The notes below the pieces were generated by a model. It worked only from the letters and a program-made list of their open reading frames with translations, was not told the origin of the DNA and ran no database searches. A DNA stretch of 32,000 bases from Candidatus Saccharimonadota bacterium (GTDB lineage Bacteria; Patescibacteriota; Gracilibacteria; BD1-5; UBA6164), in assembly GCA_965229705.1 (NCBI GenBank), contig OZ245922.1, forward strand, positions 120,001 to 152,000, read 5' to 3'. Shown one piece after another: positions 1-10,297 of this stretch; positions within the stretch are counted from its first letter, which is position 1; each line of letters opens with the position of its first letter. Both the position numbers and the translations under genes were made by a program.

Positions 1-1
1 G

Positions 2-850
2 TGAGCTGATCCAGAAAAGATTCTTGAACATCTTGAGAGTCTTCTTACTGTTGATTTCAAAGTTCGAGTTATTAATATTGATGAAGGTGGAAAGAAAATT
101 ATTTTTTCTGAAAAAGCAGCTATCGCCGAACAGCGAGATAAGGCTCTTGAAACTTTAAAAGAATGAGATATTGTCGAGGGAGTTGTTTCAGGTATTCTTT
201 CATATGGTCTTTTCGTAACCTTTGATGGTCTTGAATGACTCGTTCATGTTTCTGAAATTGACTGGGGGCATGTAAACAATCCTGGAAAATTTGCAAAAGT
301 TGGTATGAAGGTAAAGGTAAAAGTTATCGGTCTTGATAGCGAGAAAATCTCACTTTCTATTAAACAACTAAAGGACAACCCTTGGGATGTTCTGTCAAAA
401 AAGATAGCGACAGGGGATACTATCAAAGCCCCTATTTCTCGAATATCTCAATTTGGTGCTTTTATGGATCTTGACGGAGGAATTCAAGGACTTATTCATC
501 TTTCAGAAATTTCTCATGGAGTAGTAAATGATATTCGCGACTTTATAAAAGTAGGAGAAGAAGTAGAAGCAAAAGTGATTAACTTTGAACCAACAAAGAA
601 GCGTATAGGTCTTTCACTTAAAGCGCTTACTCCAGCTCCAGAAGGAGCAAAACGAGAAGAAAAAATAGTGGTAAAAGAATGACCAAACGAGGAAGATAAG
701 ATTGACGAAGAGGTAGCACAAACAAAGAAACCTGCTTCTTCCAAAGTTTCACAGACCAAAAAGAAAACACCCGCAAAGAAAAAAGATGACGCACCTATAG
801 ATGAAAAACAAGATAAAGAAACCTGAGACGAAAACAAAAATCAAGATTAA
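2..850 (+). CDS. rpsA: 30S ribosomal protein S1 (C-terminal part; 5' end lies outside the window)
   Basis: Frame 2 is open from the window edge to TAA 848-850 when TGA=Gly. It shows repeated S1-domain signatures (KEGDIVEGVVSG, GLEGLVHVSEI, GIQGLIHLSEI; several of these Gly residues are TGA) and a Lys/Glu-rich tail. Confidence 0.85.
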
Positions 851-944
851 ATCCACGAGAGTATTTTTGTGAATCCCTTCGGGGAACAGAAGTACTTCGT
901 TATAAAGTATATCATGCTTGTATATGACATTTTAAAAATATATT

Positions 945-1724
945 ATGGATAAAAAACTATTAACGGAGATGTTTGATAACCTTCTCCATATTGGAAACAA
1001 AACAAATTACTGGAACCCTCATATGAATGAGTTTATTTATAGTTCGAGTAATGGTGTTCATATCATAGATCTGACAAAAACAGTAACGCAGATAGAGGCA
1101 GTGAAATCTGCTCTTGAGGGGTTTCATCAAGAAGGGAAAAAGATTCTCTTTGTTGCAACAAAACTTCAAGCGCGAGACGCTTTTTCTAAACTCGCTATAG
1201 AGACAGGAAACTTTTATGTTACAGAAAAATGGGTTCCTGGTTTGCTGACAAACTTTAAAACGATTAAGAGAAGAATATCTACCTATCTCAAACTTCTTCG
1301 CGATAGTGAGGGATCAGGATTTGATATGCTAACAAAAAAAGAAAAGGCCGCAAAAATGCTCGAACTGGAAAAGCTCGATAAGGCATTTGCAGGTCTCAAA
1401 CTTATGAAGAAAACACCTGATGTTTTATTTGTTGTTGATGGAGTATTTGAGTCTCAAGCAGTAAAAGAAGCTCAAAGTTTAGGTATTCCTTGTTTTGCTA
1501 TATCAAATACTAACGGGAGTCCATTTACGGTTGCAGAACTCATACCTGCAAATACCAATTCTGTGAAATCTCTTGATTATCTTGCAGGGGCTCTCAAATC
1601 AGCATTCTCAGCTCCAGTAAAGAAATCGTCTTCTGTAAAAGCAACGGAGAGTAAAAAACCTGCCGTAAAAAAAGCAGCGGAAAATACAGAAAAAGTAGTA
1701 GAAGAGAAAAAAGAAGAAAAATAA
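945..1724 (+). CDS. rpsB: 30S ribosomal protein S2
   Basis: Uninterrupted 259-aa ORF. The N-terminus (LLHIGNKTNYWNPHM...NGVHIIDLTKT) and the PDVLFVVD/IPCFAISNTN motifs are typical of S2. It sits in the conserved rpsB-tsf neighbourhood. Confidence 0.95.
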   Translation: MDKKLLTEMFDNLLHIGNKTNYWNPHMNEFIYSSSNGVHIIDLTKTVTQIEAVKSALEGFHQEGKKILFVATKLQARDAFSKLAIETGNFYVTEKWVPGLLTNFKTIKRRISTYLKLLRDSEGSGFDMLTKKEKAAKMLELEKLDKAFAGLKLMKKTPDVLFVVDGVFESQAVKEAQSLGIPCFAISNTNGSPFTVAELIPANTNSVKSLDYLAGALKSAFSAPVKKSSSVKATESKKPAVKKAAENTEKVVEEKKEEK

Positions 1725-1784
1725 TTCTTTTTTCTCCTCATTTTTGTATAATTTCAAGGTATTTTATTTTTTACCATTATTTTT

Positions 1785-2144
1785 ATGCCAGCAAAAAAAT
1801 CAGCAGAAGCAGGAAATAATCCTGTAGATCAGTTTCTTGATAATCCAAGTATTGTTCATGCACTTGCCTATATTCCGTATTTTGTATGAGCGGCACTCAT
1901 GTTCTTTTTCTGAAAAACAGAAAAGAAAGAAGTAATGCATCATATCAAATATTCATTGTTTCTTGCCGTTGCAACGATAGTTCTCACGATACTATTAGAT
2001 GGATTTTTTGATAAGGTACTTGTTTTAGGGTATCTTGCGGTGAGTGGATATTTTGCATACAAGGCATATAATGGGGAAAAGATAGAGGTTGAGGTATTTG
2101 ATATGATTGAAAATAAAATCACAGAAAAAATCTCAAAAAAATAA
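1785..2144 (+). CDS. small membrane protein, DUF4870-like
   Basis: ATG at 1785 is in frame with the listed ORF 1935-2144 through two TGA codons. The product is 119 aa with an ALAYIPYFVGAALMFFFG segment and two further hydrophobic helices. The family assignment is from memory only. Confidence 0.6.
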
Positions 2145-2263
2145 TTCTCACTCTACATTTATTGATGACAAAAATACAGTACAGAAACGAGAGTAATCTT
2201 CTCTTTTCTCACTCTTTTGAAATAATGTATGTAGAAACATTTAGTATCTAAATAATAAAAAAT

Positions 2264-3049
2264 ATGGCAGTAACTATGGAGCTCATTAAGGAGTTGAGAC
2301 ACAGAACGGGAATTGGTATGATGGAGTGTAAAAAAGCGCTTATAGAAACAAACGGAGATATTGATACGGCAATTGAACAACTACGAAAGAAGGGGCTCGC
2401 AAAAGCAGCAAAAAAAGCTGATAGAGAAGCTCTTGAGTGAGGAATCAGGATTATTTCACAGTGAGGTAAAGCCTATGTTGTTTCTGTTTCGTGTGAAACA
2501 GATTTCCTCGCAAACTCTGAAAAGTTTCAGGCAATGCTTGATGTAATTGCTCATCATCTGAAAGAAAATGGTGCTGACTCAAGAGAGAGTGCCCAAAAAC
2601 TTATAGAGTCTGACTACGCTCTTGAGATGGGAGAAAATCTGAGAGTAAAGGACTATGAGATTTTAGAAGGGGGAGTTATCTCAGATTATGTTCACTCAAA
2701 CCGAAAACTTGCAGCGGTGGTTATTGCTGATGCTGGAGGAGATGAGGGGAAAATGAAACAGGTAGCAATGCACGTGACGGCGGCAAGTCCTGAGTATCTT
2801 TCTCCTGATGAGATACATGATGACATTGTAGAAAAAGAAAAACAGATTCAACTTGAGATGATGAAAAATGATCCAAAAATGTGAAATAAGACAGATGATG
2901 TACTTCTCAAGATTATTGAATGAAAGATGGGGAAGTTTCGTTCAGAGATTTCTTTGCTTGAGCAAGACTTTGTTGTGGATCCAAGTCAGAAGGTTAAGAA
3001 TTTTCTTGGTTCTACGACGCTTACGAGTTTTAGAAGGTATAGTATATAA
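2264..3049 (+). CDS. tsf: translation elongation factor Ts
   Basis: ATG at 2264, TAA at 3047-3049. The N-terminal UBA-like region ([38 protein letters not shown]) and the C-terminal IEGKMGKF...LLEQDFV match EF-Ts. TGA falls at conserved Gly (for example 2921-2923, aligning with EGRM of E. coli EF-Ts). Confidence 0.93.
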
Positions 3050-3066
3050 GTTGTAAGAAACTCTAG

Positions 3067-3932
3067 GGTTGTTTACACTTTTGGATAATCTGTACAGCAG
3101 AATATTTTAGAAGTTAAACATAAAGGAAATGAATATACATAAACGAACAAGGCTCACTGAAATGCAAAGAAAAGATATATGGGAGAAATATAAAAATGGT
3201 ACAAGGGTGAGTAGCCTCTCAGAAATATATCTCACTTCCCGAGTCACGATATACAAAGTACTTTCTCGAGCTCGCAGACAAGAATTTAGACCAAGAAATT
3301 CTACAAATCATAAATACAGAACTCTTGAATGGTGACTCAAAAGATTGTGAAAGATAGAAAGAAAGATAGTTGAGAAGAAAAATAGAGAGGCTCAGAGATA
3401 CAATAAAACATATCCTGGAGAAATGCTTCATGTAGATACTAAAAGACTTCCTCCAATAGTTTGAGATGTAGATAAAACACCAGAATACTTATTTGTAGGA
3501 GTAGATGACTATAGCAGAGAGGCATATGTATCAATACACAAAGATAAGAGTCAGTATTCTTCATCTATGTTTCTCAAACAAATACTTGATGAATGCCCCT
3601 ATGTGATTGAGAAGGTATATTCAGATAACGGAAAAGAATACAAATGAAGTAGTGAACATGAATTTGTGAAAGTTTGCGAAGAGCATGGAATTACTCAGGG
3701 ATTCACACGAGTAAAAAGACCACAAACAAATGGTAAAGCTGAGAGATTTATACGAACTGTAATGGAGATGTGGCATAAAAAATACCAATTTACTACCCGT
3801 AAAGAAAGGAGAATATCTTTAAAAAGATTTGTAAATTGGTATAATACGGTTAAGCCTCATAAAGGTATTGAAAACATGACACCTTATGAACTTATTGAAC
3901 AATTTTATTATCCTGAAAAAGTGTAAATAACG
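3067..3932 (+). mobile_element. IS481-family insertion sequence (about 0.87 kb)
   Basis: Imperfect 16-bp terminal inverted repeats: GGTTGTTTACACTTTT (3067-3082) and AAAAGTGTAAATAACG (3917-3932), 14/16 complementary. They enclose a single DDE transposase gene whose stop codon lies inside the right IR. The flanking hexamers CTCTAG (3061-3066) and CTCTAA (3933-3938) look like a 6-bp target duplication of the CTAG-containing kind reported for IS481. Confidence 0.75.
3129..3926 (+). CDS. IS481-family DDE transposase (rve integrase core)
   Basis: One 265-aa frame when the four in-frame TGAs (3333-3335, 3348-3350, 3462-3464, 3645-3647) are read as Gly. It has an N-terminal HTH and DDE-region motifs HVDTKRL, GVDDYSREAY, SDNGKEY and RPQTNGKAERFIRT. 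Confidence 0.88.
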
Positions 3933-3997
3933 CTCTAAGATTTAACATATAAGTTTTCATCTTTCTCTCTTTTATGGAGGGAGAGATGAGTTTTTAG

Positions 3998-4072
3998 AGG
4001 CCCATAGTTCAACGGTCAGAATACAGGTCTCCAAAACCTGTGATCTAGGTTCGATTCCTAGTGGGCCTGCCA
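3998..4072 (+). tRNA. trnW: tRNA-Trp (anticodon CCA)
   Basis: 75-nt cloverleaf folded by hand: acceptor AGGCCCA/TGGGCCT, anticodon stem CAGGT/ACCTG with loop CTCCAAA, T arm CTAGG-TTCGATT-CCTAG, discriminator G, encoded CCA end. Confidence 0.93.
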
Positions 4073-4090
4073 TGTAATAAAACTAAAAAA

Positions 4091-4113
4091 ATCCCTAGAA
4101 ATAGGGATTTTTT
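4091..4113 (+). terminator. rho-independent terminator after tRNA-Trp
   Basis: Hairpin ATCCCTA-GAAA-TAGGGAT followed by a T run. Confidence 0.6.
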
Positions 4114-4237
4114 CTGTAACTTTTAGCCTCTGAATAAAAAGTAAAAAAGTATTCAGTATTTATAATGCTAAATACTTTCTCTTTTAGCCATACATTTTTT
4201 TACTAATATGCCTTATATTCGAACTTTTTGTAACAAA

Positions 4238-4268
4238 CAAAAAAGAGCTCTCCTATAAGGAAAACTCT
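4238..4268 (-). terminator. possible terminator downstream of tRNA-Cys
   Basis: On the minus strand there is an imperfect hairpin AGAGTTTTCC-TTAT-AGGAGAGCTCT followed by T6. Confidence 0.4.
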
Positions 4269-4314
4269 GGTTATTCTTGCCTAAAATTAGTACAAAAACA
4301 CGATTTTTCAAACT

Positions 4315-4388
4315 TGGAGGCACCGCCCGGAGTCGAACCGGGCTACAGGGCTTTGCAGGCCCCTGCATAACCGCTCTGCCACGGCGCC
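4315..4388 (-). tRNA. trnC: tRNA-Cys (anticodon GCA)
   Basis: The reverse complement folds as a 74-nt cloverleaf: acceptor GGCGCCG/CGGTGCC, anticodon loop CTGCAAA, T arm CCCGG-TTCGACT-CCGGG, discriminator U73 (a Cys identity element), encoded CCA. Confidence 0.93.
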
Positions 4389-4478
4389 AAAGAACACGCG
4401 CGAATTATATAAATTCTCATCACATTCGCAAACCATTTTACGCTTTACTGAAGAAATTTTTTGTTTCTCAGAGGTTTC

Positions 4479-5033
4479 CTAATTCTTGCAAGAAAAAGTT
4501 GAAAAAATATTTCTATAACGATCGTAGTTCTCCTGTATATCTCCAATAGAAATATTCATATAGTATACCCTTTCTCCACAAGATTTTACCGTTTGTAGAT
4601 AAGTTACATACGGCGTTGTATTATTGTATTTTCAGTGAAACTCTAGTACCTTTGATGTATCACCATCAGGAAACTCAAGCGGAAAAATATTTTTTTTGTG
4701 AAACACTTCCAAAGTACTATCAAGATATGATGGGAGTTTCTCAAATAAGACTTCACTGCTCTCTGAGAGAACATTCTTCTCAGAAATAATAACGATATTA
4801 TTCGCATATCATCATCTTAACTCACTCCCGCTATAAGCAAGTTCCACACGCCCTATCTTTGGACTAGGAAGAGTATCTCACGATACCTCTGACCAATTTT
4901 CAGGAAGAGAAAGAGAAAAAAGCTCATGAGAAACACTTCTCAGTCACTCTCCTTGAGACCCTCCTCACCAAAAGCACGAACTGAGAAAAAGTATGATACA
5001 GAGGAGCACAAAGTATTTCATCATAAAAAACAT
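4479..5033 (-). CDS. lipoprotein, unknown function
   Basis: 184-aa frame open with TGA=Gly (ATG 5033, TAG 4479-4481). The N-terminus MFFMMKYFVLLCIILFLSSC is a signal peptide with a lipobox (LSSC). The start lies 1 nt after the stop of the upstream gene. Confidence 0.7.
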
Positions 5034-5034
5034 A

Positions 5035-5358
5035 TTAAACAAAAAGAGCATATAAAAAGATGGCTGTTATCACAAACCAAAAAAAGCAAATAACTCATAC
5101 ACACCACCATGAAAATATTTTTTTCAAAACATAGGTGCTAAAGCTTATAAGAAACATTCAAAAACTCACAATCAGAGCAATATACGATGGCAAAAGGAGG
5201 TATAATAAGAACTCTTCAAACAGTCCCGCAGAAATACTCAAATATATCCCAAAAAAACAAAGCGCACTCAGCAAAAAAAGATGCTTTGCTGAAATAAACA
5301 CAAACTTCATATAAGCACTGGTATCTTTTTGTATCATATGCGTAAATTTTTGAAACAT
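5035..5358 (-). CDS. small integral membrane protein, unknown function
   Basis: The listed ORF 5158-5358 continues through TGA codons to TAA 5035-5037. The 107-aa product is almost entirely hydrophobic helices. Confidence 0.6.
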
Positions 5359-5423
5359 AGCTCTTGATTTTATACAGCTAAAAAATACACTATAATCACA
5401 TTACTCACAAACTATATAAAAAA

Positions 5424-5714
5424 ATGACCAACGCGCAACACGAGCTCCAAAAAAAAGCAGTCAAGCTCACAAAAATTCCTTCCAATGACCCAAAAATCAT
5501 TTCTGATATCGAGAATACCCTGGCATACATTGATATGCTCCAAGAAGTGAATACTGATGGCGTGATTCCAACTATTTCTGTTGCGCCATGATCAGCAATT
5601 CTTAGAGAAGATACAGAGGAAATAGCAAGAAACCCACAACCAAAAGAACTTCTCAACTGTAGTGAGCAGCATACGGTCTGAGGAAATATTGTTCTCCCAA
5701 ATATTATGAAATAA
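5424..5714 (+). CDS. gatC: Asp/Glu-tRNA(Asn/Gln) amidotransferase subunit C
   Basis: 96-aa frame with two TGA=Gly codons. The length and the motifs (LAYIDMLQEVNTDGV.P, LREDTEE, GGNIVLPNIM) fit GatC. The standard-code track shows only an antisense ORF here. Confidence 0.85.
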
Positions 5715-5722
5715 TAATTTCT

Positions 5723-6757
5723 GTGCTTCAATCCCTGCGTTTAAAAAATTTTCGAAACTTTCAACAGCAAGATGTCACTTTTGCGCCATGAATGACTCTT
5801 ATTATATGAAATAATGGTGCAGGAAAAACAAATATCCTTGAAGCTCTCTCCTACCCGTCTCACTGTCTTTTGGAGTCTCAACCACTCTATCTCGTAAAAA
5901 AATGAGAAACACTTTTTCATCTATCTTATAGTCTTGCAAATGGATCTTGCAGGATATTTTATGATGCCGAAAATAATAAAAAGACTTTGAGTATTGGAGA
6001 AAAAAAGTGTAGTAAACAATCACTCGCCTCATGGTACCCTCACATTATTGCATTTCATCCACTCATGATGAATCTCATGTACCTCAGCCCAAGTGATAGA
6101 AGAAATTTTCTTGATGAGATACTGGTGCAGACCTTTCCTCATTACCAAAAAATACTGAGCTGATACAAAAAAATCCTTTTAGGAAGAAATAAAGTACTCA
6201 AAAATATCTCTGAATGATTTTCCTCTAAACAAGAACTCTCTTTTTGGAATCAAGAGTTTGTTCACTCAGCTGAACAGATATATAGCTATAGAGAAAAGAT
6301 TATCCATTTTTTCCAGGAAAATATAGAGAGTCTTCGTCATGTCTTTTGAGAAAAAATATACACTCTCTCCTTGAAATATCTCTCTCATATAGACCCCTCA
6401 AATGCAAAAGAAGAACTTCAGGAATATATAGAGGCAAACTATGATAAAGAAGTTTTGCTGAAAAAATCTCTCAGATGACCGCATCTTGATGATTTTTGTA
6501 TACTTGTAGACGATACCCCACTCACGCATTTTGCTTCTCGTGGAGAAGTAAAGAGTATTATTTTATGACTCAAACTGCAAAGTAAGGAGTTTATATCACA
6601 ATATTCACAAAAAAATGTTCTCTACCTTATTGACGATATTTTATCAGAACTTGATCACTCTCATATCCAGCAAATATGTGACAGTGTAGGAGAAACACAG
6701 TGTATTATAACCTCTATACAAGACCATGATATTCCTGCTCAAAAAATATATTTATAA
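5723..6757 (+). CDS. recF: DNA replication/repair protein RecF
   Basis: GTG start chosen at 5723 (MLQSLRLKNFRNF...); the frame is open from 5663, so the start is approximate. Walker A is IIGNNGAGKTNILEA (first Gly is TGA 5816-5818), followed by the signature GPHLDDF...ASRGEVKS and Walker B YLIDDILSELD. Confidence 0.9.
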
Positions 6758-6879
6758 TTTATTTTTATAAAGAGTAAAGTTTTTCCGTCATTTTTTTATT
6801 GGAACATAGTGTTTTGTGAGTATCTTGGGAAAGATAACAAGTTTTTCACAAAAGGATATTTTTTAACATTTCTTGTATC

Positions 6880-8277
6880 ATGAATATATACATTCGCATA
6901 CTTCTCATAGTGGGTTGTGTTTTCTCGTTTTGTACTACTCACGCTAGTGGTGTACTGGATCACTTTGAGGTGATTCTTGGAAAAGAAAAAGCAAGCATTG
7001 GCCAGGCTCTTGATATCACTATTTCTGCTGTTGATAGAAATGGGGAAGTGGTGACGGATTATACCGGGGATGTTCTGATATTCTCAGAAAGTGATGCTGA
7101 GGCAGAGTTTCCAAATGATCTTTCTGAAAACTCTTATAGTTTTACGCTTGCAAATGAGTGAAGCGTAAAGTTTGAAAATGCGGTCAAGTTTCAAAATCCA
7201 TGAAAACAGGATATATTTGTCTACGATCTCAATGATGATAGTGTTCTCTGAGTTGCTGAAATAGATATAGTGCAAGAAGAGATAGCTCAAAACATAGAGG
7301 TATTGATACTTTCTCCAGAAGTTGGAGTAACTCATAGCAAAAATAGCATTGTTGTTTCGGGGAGTTCTACAAAAAACCACCAAATCACGCTTATACTCAA
7401 TACGACAGAAGAATTTTTTACTACCACTGATACTCAAGGAATGTTTGAGTTGCAGCTTGATAATCTGAAAGACGGAGTGAATAGTGTTCAGGCGATGATT
7501 CTTGATGCTGATAACGAAGTGATTGGTGAGTCAGAGGTTGTAGAGTTTAAAGTAAATGCTACTAAACCAGAACTCAAAAGCATCATTCTTTCTCCAAACG
7601 GAGAGATAGAAGCTGAGTCAGAGATATCTCTGCAAGTGGTTTCAAATGCGTGACTTATGAGTGTACAGGTACTCATAGACGATGTTATTTCTTCTCTGAG
7701 AGAAGAGAAAGATGGTATTTATATCTGAACAGCGAGAGCTCCTGCAGGTGAATGAACATATCCTATTGATGTTATGCTGAAAAATGAATTTGCTCTTGAG
7801 ACAGTCGTGAGAGAGGCTACTTCTATAGATGTTGTTCCTCTTCCTGAGCTTCTTGCTCCGAGTCCAGAAGAGGAAGAAGAAGAGGTTGAGCAGGAAGAGG
7901 TGGTTGAAGAAGCTCCAACTCCTGATCTGACTATAAGAAATATTGATGTGGTAGAACTCAAGACCAAGTCCGTGATAACTTGGGATGCTTTGGAGGATGC
8001 GGTGTCATATAATATCTACAAGAAATCTGATGATGATATTCACTTAATAGATACGGTGACAGAGGCGAAGTATGAGATTGAGATTACGGGTGACGAAATA
8101 GTCTATGAACATTTTGCGATTAAGGCAGTTGGAAAAGATGAGGTTTCTGGAGAAGAGTTATATGGGGATATTTCTGAGATGACAAAGGTAAAAACTGGTC
8201 CAGAGATGTATGTGTTTCTTGCGATTATCGCACTTCTCCTTGCAGCTGGAGTTGGGTTTATGAGGAAGAATGCATAA
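6880..8277 (+). CDS. cell-surface protein with Ig-like/FN3-like repeats and a C-terminal membrane anchor
   Basis: Three listed ORFs (6880, 7270, 7774) are in one frame joined only by TGA codons, giving 465 aa. It has a signal peptide (MNIYIRILLIVGCVFSFCTTHA), beta-rich repeats and an acidic linker (PEEEEEEVEQEEVVEE). An FN3-like segment (LKTKSVITWDALEDAVSYNIY) is followed by the C-terminus KTGPEMYVFLAIIALLLAAGVGFMRKNA. Confidence 0.75.
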
Positions 8278-8293
8278 GTAAAGAAATAAAAAA

Positions 8294-8319
8294 ACTCTCA
8301 AAATCTTGAGAGTTTTTTT
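8294..8319. terminator. bidirectional rho-independent terminator between convergent genes
   Basis: Hairpin ACTCTCAA-AATC-TTGAGAGT flanked by an A run upstream and a T run downstream. Confidence 0.7.
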
Positions 8320-8350
8320 ATTCTGCTCTTTAATCTTCCTATTTTAGTCA

Positions 8351-9139
8351 TTATATACCCCTCAAACCTTCTCCCACAAAACATCAGCCATTTTTCTTGA
8401 TAACCTCAAGAAATAGATCATATAAATCTCTACTCAGTGGCTTAGAGAGTTCTTTGAGACGATTGTAGCTCATATTATATTTGTATTTTCCCAGCTCTCG
8501 AAAAAGATCATAATCAAAAACGGTGTTGTACTTCTTGATAGCTTTTATCAGTAAAAGAGTGTTTGGTCACTCATAACTCTCGCTGATTAGAGCTGATTCG
8601 AGAAGCGCCATTTCAAGAGCTGAGATTTTTAGCTCTATTCACTCAATACAGACCTGCTTCACATAGGATGAAAATTTACTGTAGAGATTGATTTTCTTCC
8701 CCTCATCTTTTCCTGAAACAGTTTTAAAGATGATTTCATATTTCCCCACCTGTATTCGCTTTGAAAGTTGGCGATTCACGATAAAAATCTTTTCTGGAAT
8801 ACCCAGGTCTTTCAAATGAAATTCAAGAGATTTTTGTCCAGAAATATAGTAGTGACTTCATACCTCTTTGACGATATAGCGTTTGAGAAGCTTCAAAAAA
8901 TACTTCTCTATCAGATCAATACTATTGAGAGATACATCGCAGGGTTCAGGGACGATATACACTCCAGCTTTAAGAGAAATAATACTTCCTTCTGACTTAA
9001 GTCTATAAATGAGCTTGTTACAGCGTTGAGTATTTTGTTTTTTACACTCTGGATCTATGATCTCAAAAATATCGTTTTTTAATAGTACTTTTCATCATTT
9101 CTTTGACAATATTTCCACAATTTTGTTAAAAGCTAGCAT
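8351..9139 (-). CDS. hypothetical protein, possibly an AbiEi-like wHTH protein
   Basis: 262-aa frame (ATG 9139, TAA 8351-8353) open only with TGA=Gly. The N-terminal region resembles a winged helix and the central ALEMALLESAL segment is reminiscent of AbiEi-type antitoxins. The functional call is weak and no partner toxin gene is adjacent. Confidence 0.55.
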
Positions 9140-9163
9140 CTATAATTTTCTTTTAAAATAAAT

Positions 9164-9196
9164 AAAAAACTCCTATAAAAAATATAGAAGTTTTAC
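9164..9196 (-). terminator. possible terminator of the MscS-family gene
   Basis: Minus-strand hairpin CTTCTATA-TTTTT-TATAGGAG followed by a T-rich run, just downstream of stop 9228-9230. Confidence 0.45.
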
Positions 9197-9227
9197 TATA
9201 AAAATCAAAAATTTTTTACTATAAAAA

Positions 9228-10172
9228 TTATTGTGTTTTTGCTTTTTGAGTATTCTTGAGGAGTTTTGGGTTTGGGCTCATGGATGAATCTGATATCATT
9301 CGTGGAGCAGCTATATGAATATTGTTTTGCGCAAATGCGTGATTGATAGTCTCTACCATATGAGATTTTAGGGTCAAAAAATTCTCACGAGAATGTATCC
9401 AAAATCGAAGTTTAAGTCGAATACCATTGTCTCATAAGTATTCTACGAGAACATCACTTGTTGGAGCCTGGAGTATAACAGGGAAGTTTGATGCTACTTT
9501 CTCCAAGATTTTTCTTGCCTGCATAATATCTGTTCCATGTTGCACTTCTACCTCTATATCAATACGGCGTTTATCATTTGTATGAAAATTACGCACATTT
9601 TCTTCAAAAAACCTGACATTTGGAATGTTAAACATTACTCCGTCCAATTCTTGAATAGAGGTAAATAGTGCCTGTATTTTGATAATATATCCTTGTTTAT
9701 CTCCTACTTCTATCATATCTCAAATATGATAGCTTCATTGTGTCACGATAATGATCCCTGATATAAAGTTTGTGAGAAATGTTCGGAGAGTAAAACCAAT
9801 ACCAAACCCTATACCTCACATAAATATTCACAAATCTACACCAAGTACTCATAGCGCAATAGAAAATCCTGCAACATAGATAAATATATTGATGGTTCGG
9901 CTCACAACTCCTATGATTTCTTCTTTACTGCTTTCATCTCCAATATTTGATCGTTCTAAGAGATGAAATATTCTTCACTGTAGAACTTTTGCCAGCATAA
10001 ATGTTCCGACTATTGTGATAATAGCAAAAAAGAGACTCAGAAGAGCTTGAGTAGAAAATAGAACCATCATCGAGCTCATAAAACTCTGTGTTTGTTCTAT
10101 CTCTGCTTGTCATGTTGATGCAAGAGAGTTAAGGGGGAGAAAGAAAATAAGAAGTCAAAAAATGTGTTTCAT
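9228..10172 (-). CDS. mechanosensitive ion channel, MscS family
   Basis: 314 aa (ATG 10172, TAA 9228-9230). TM helices are followed by LGIFMGGIGFGIGFTLRTFLTNFISGIIIV and the beta-domain GDMIEVGDKQGYIIKIQALFTSIQELDGVMFNIPN, typical of MscS-like channels. Several of these Gly residues are TGA. Confidence 0.88.
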
Positions 10173-10297
10173 AGCATACACTCATATAAATATATCTTTA
10201 TATAGCGTATCCTATTTACAAAAAGAACTCAATAAGTGAGCTATTGTGGAAGAAAAAAAAGTCTTGATGTTTTTTTGTTTTATTTTTTACACATCTT

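Noticed and set aside
4277-4549. 90-aa plus-strand ORF from the supplied track.
   Set aside because: It runs antisense through tRNA-Cys (4315-4388), its product is Arg/Lys-rich low-complexity sequence, and it has no family resemblance.
5405-5731. 108-aa minus-strand ORF.
   Set aside because: It is antisense to the clear gatC frame (5424-5714). Its composition (Ser/Cys/Phe-rich) is typical of a shadow ORF.
6812-6853. Inverted repeat TTTTGTGA...TCACAAAA with an inner TATCT-TGGGAA-AGATA hairpin upstream of the surface-protein gene.
   Set aside because: It could be a regulatory stem-loop, but the arms are short and A/T-rich and I have no second copy or conservation to support it.
7858-7920. GAA/GAG-rich tract.
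   Set aside because: It lies in frame inside the surface-protein CDS and encodes an acidic linker (PEEEEEEVEQEEVVEE). It is not a non-coding microsatellite.
9191-9228. Direct repeat TTTTACTATAAAAAT x2 downstream of the MscS-family gene.
   Set aside because: It is a short, very AT-rich duplication overlapping the stop codon and the promoter region of the next gene. That is plausible as promoter -10-like boxes, but it cannot be distinguished from chance.
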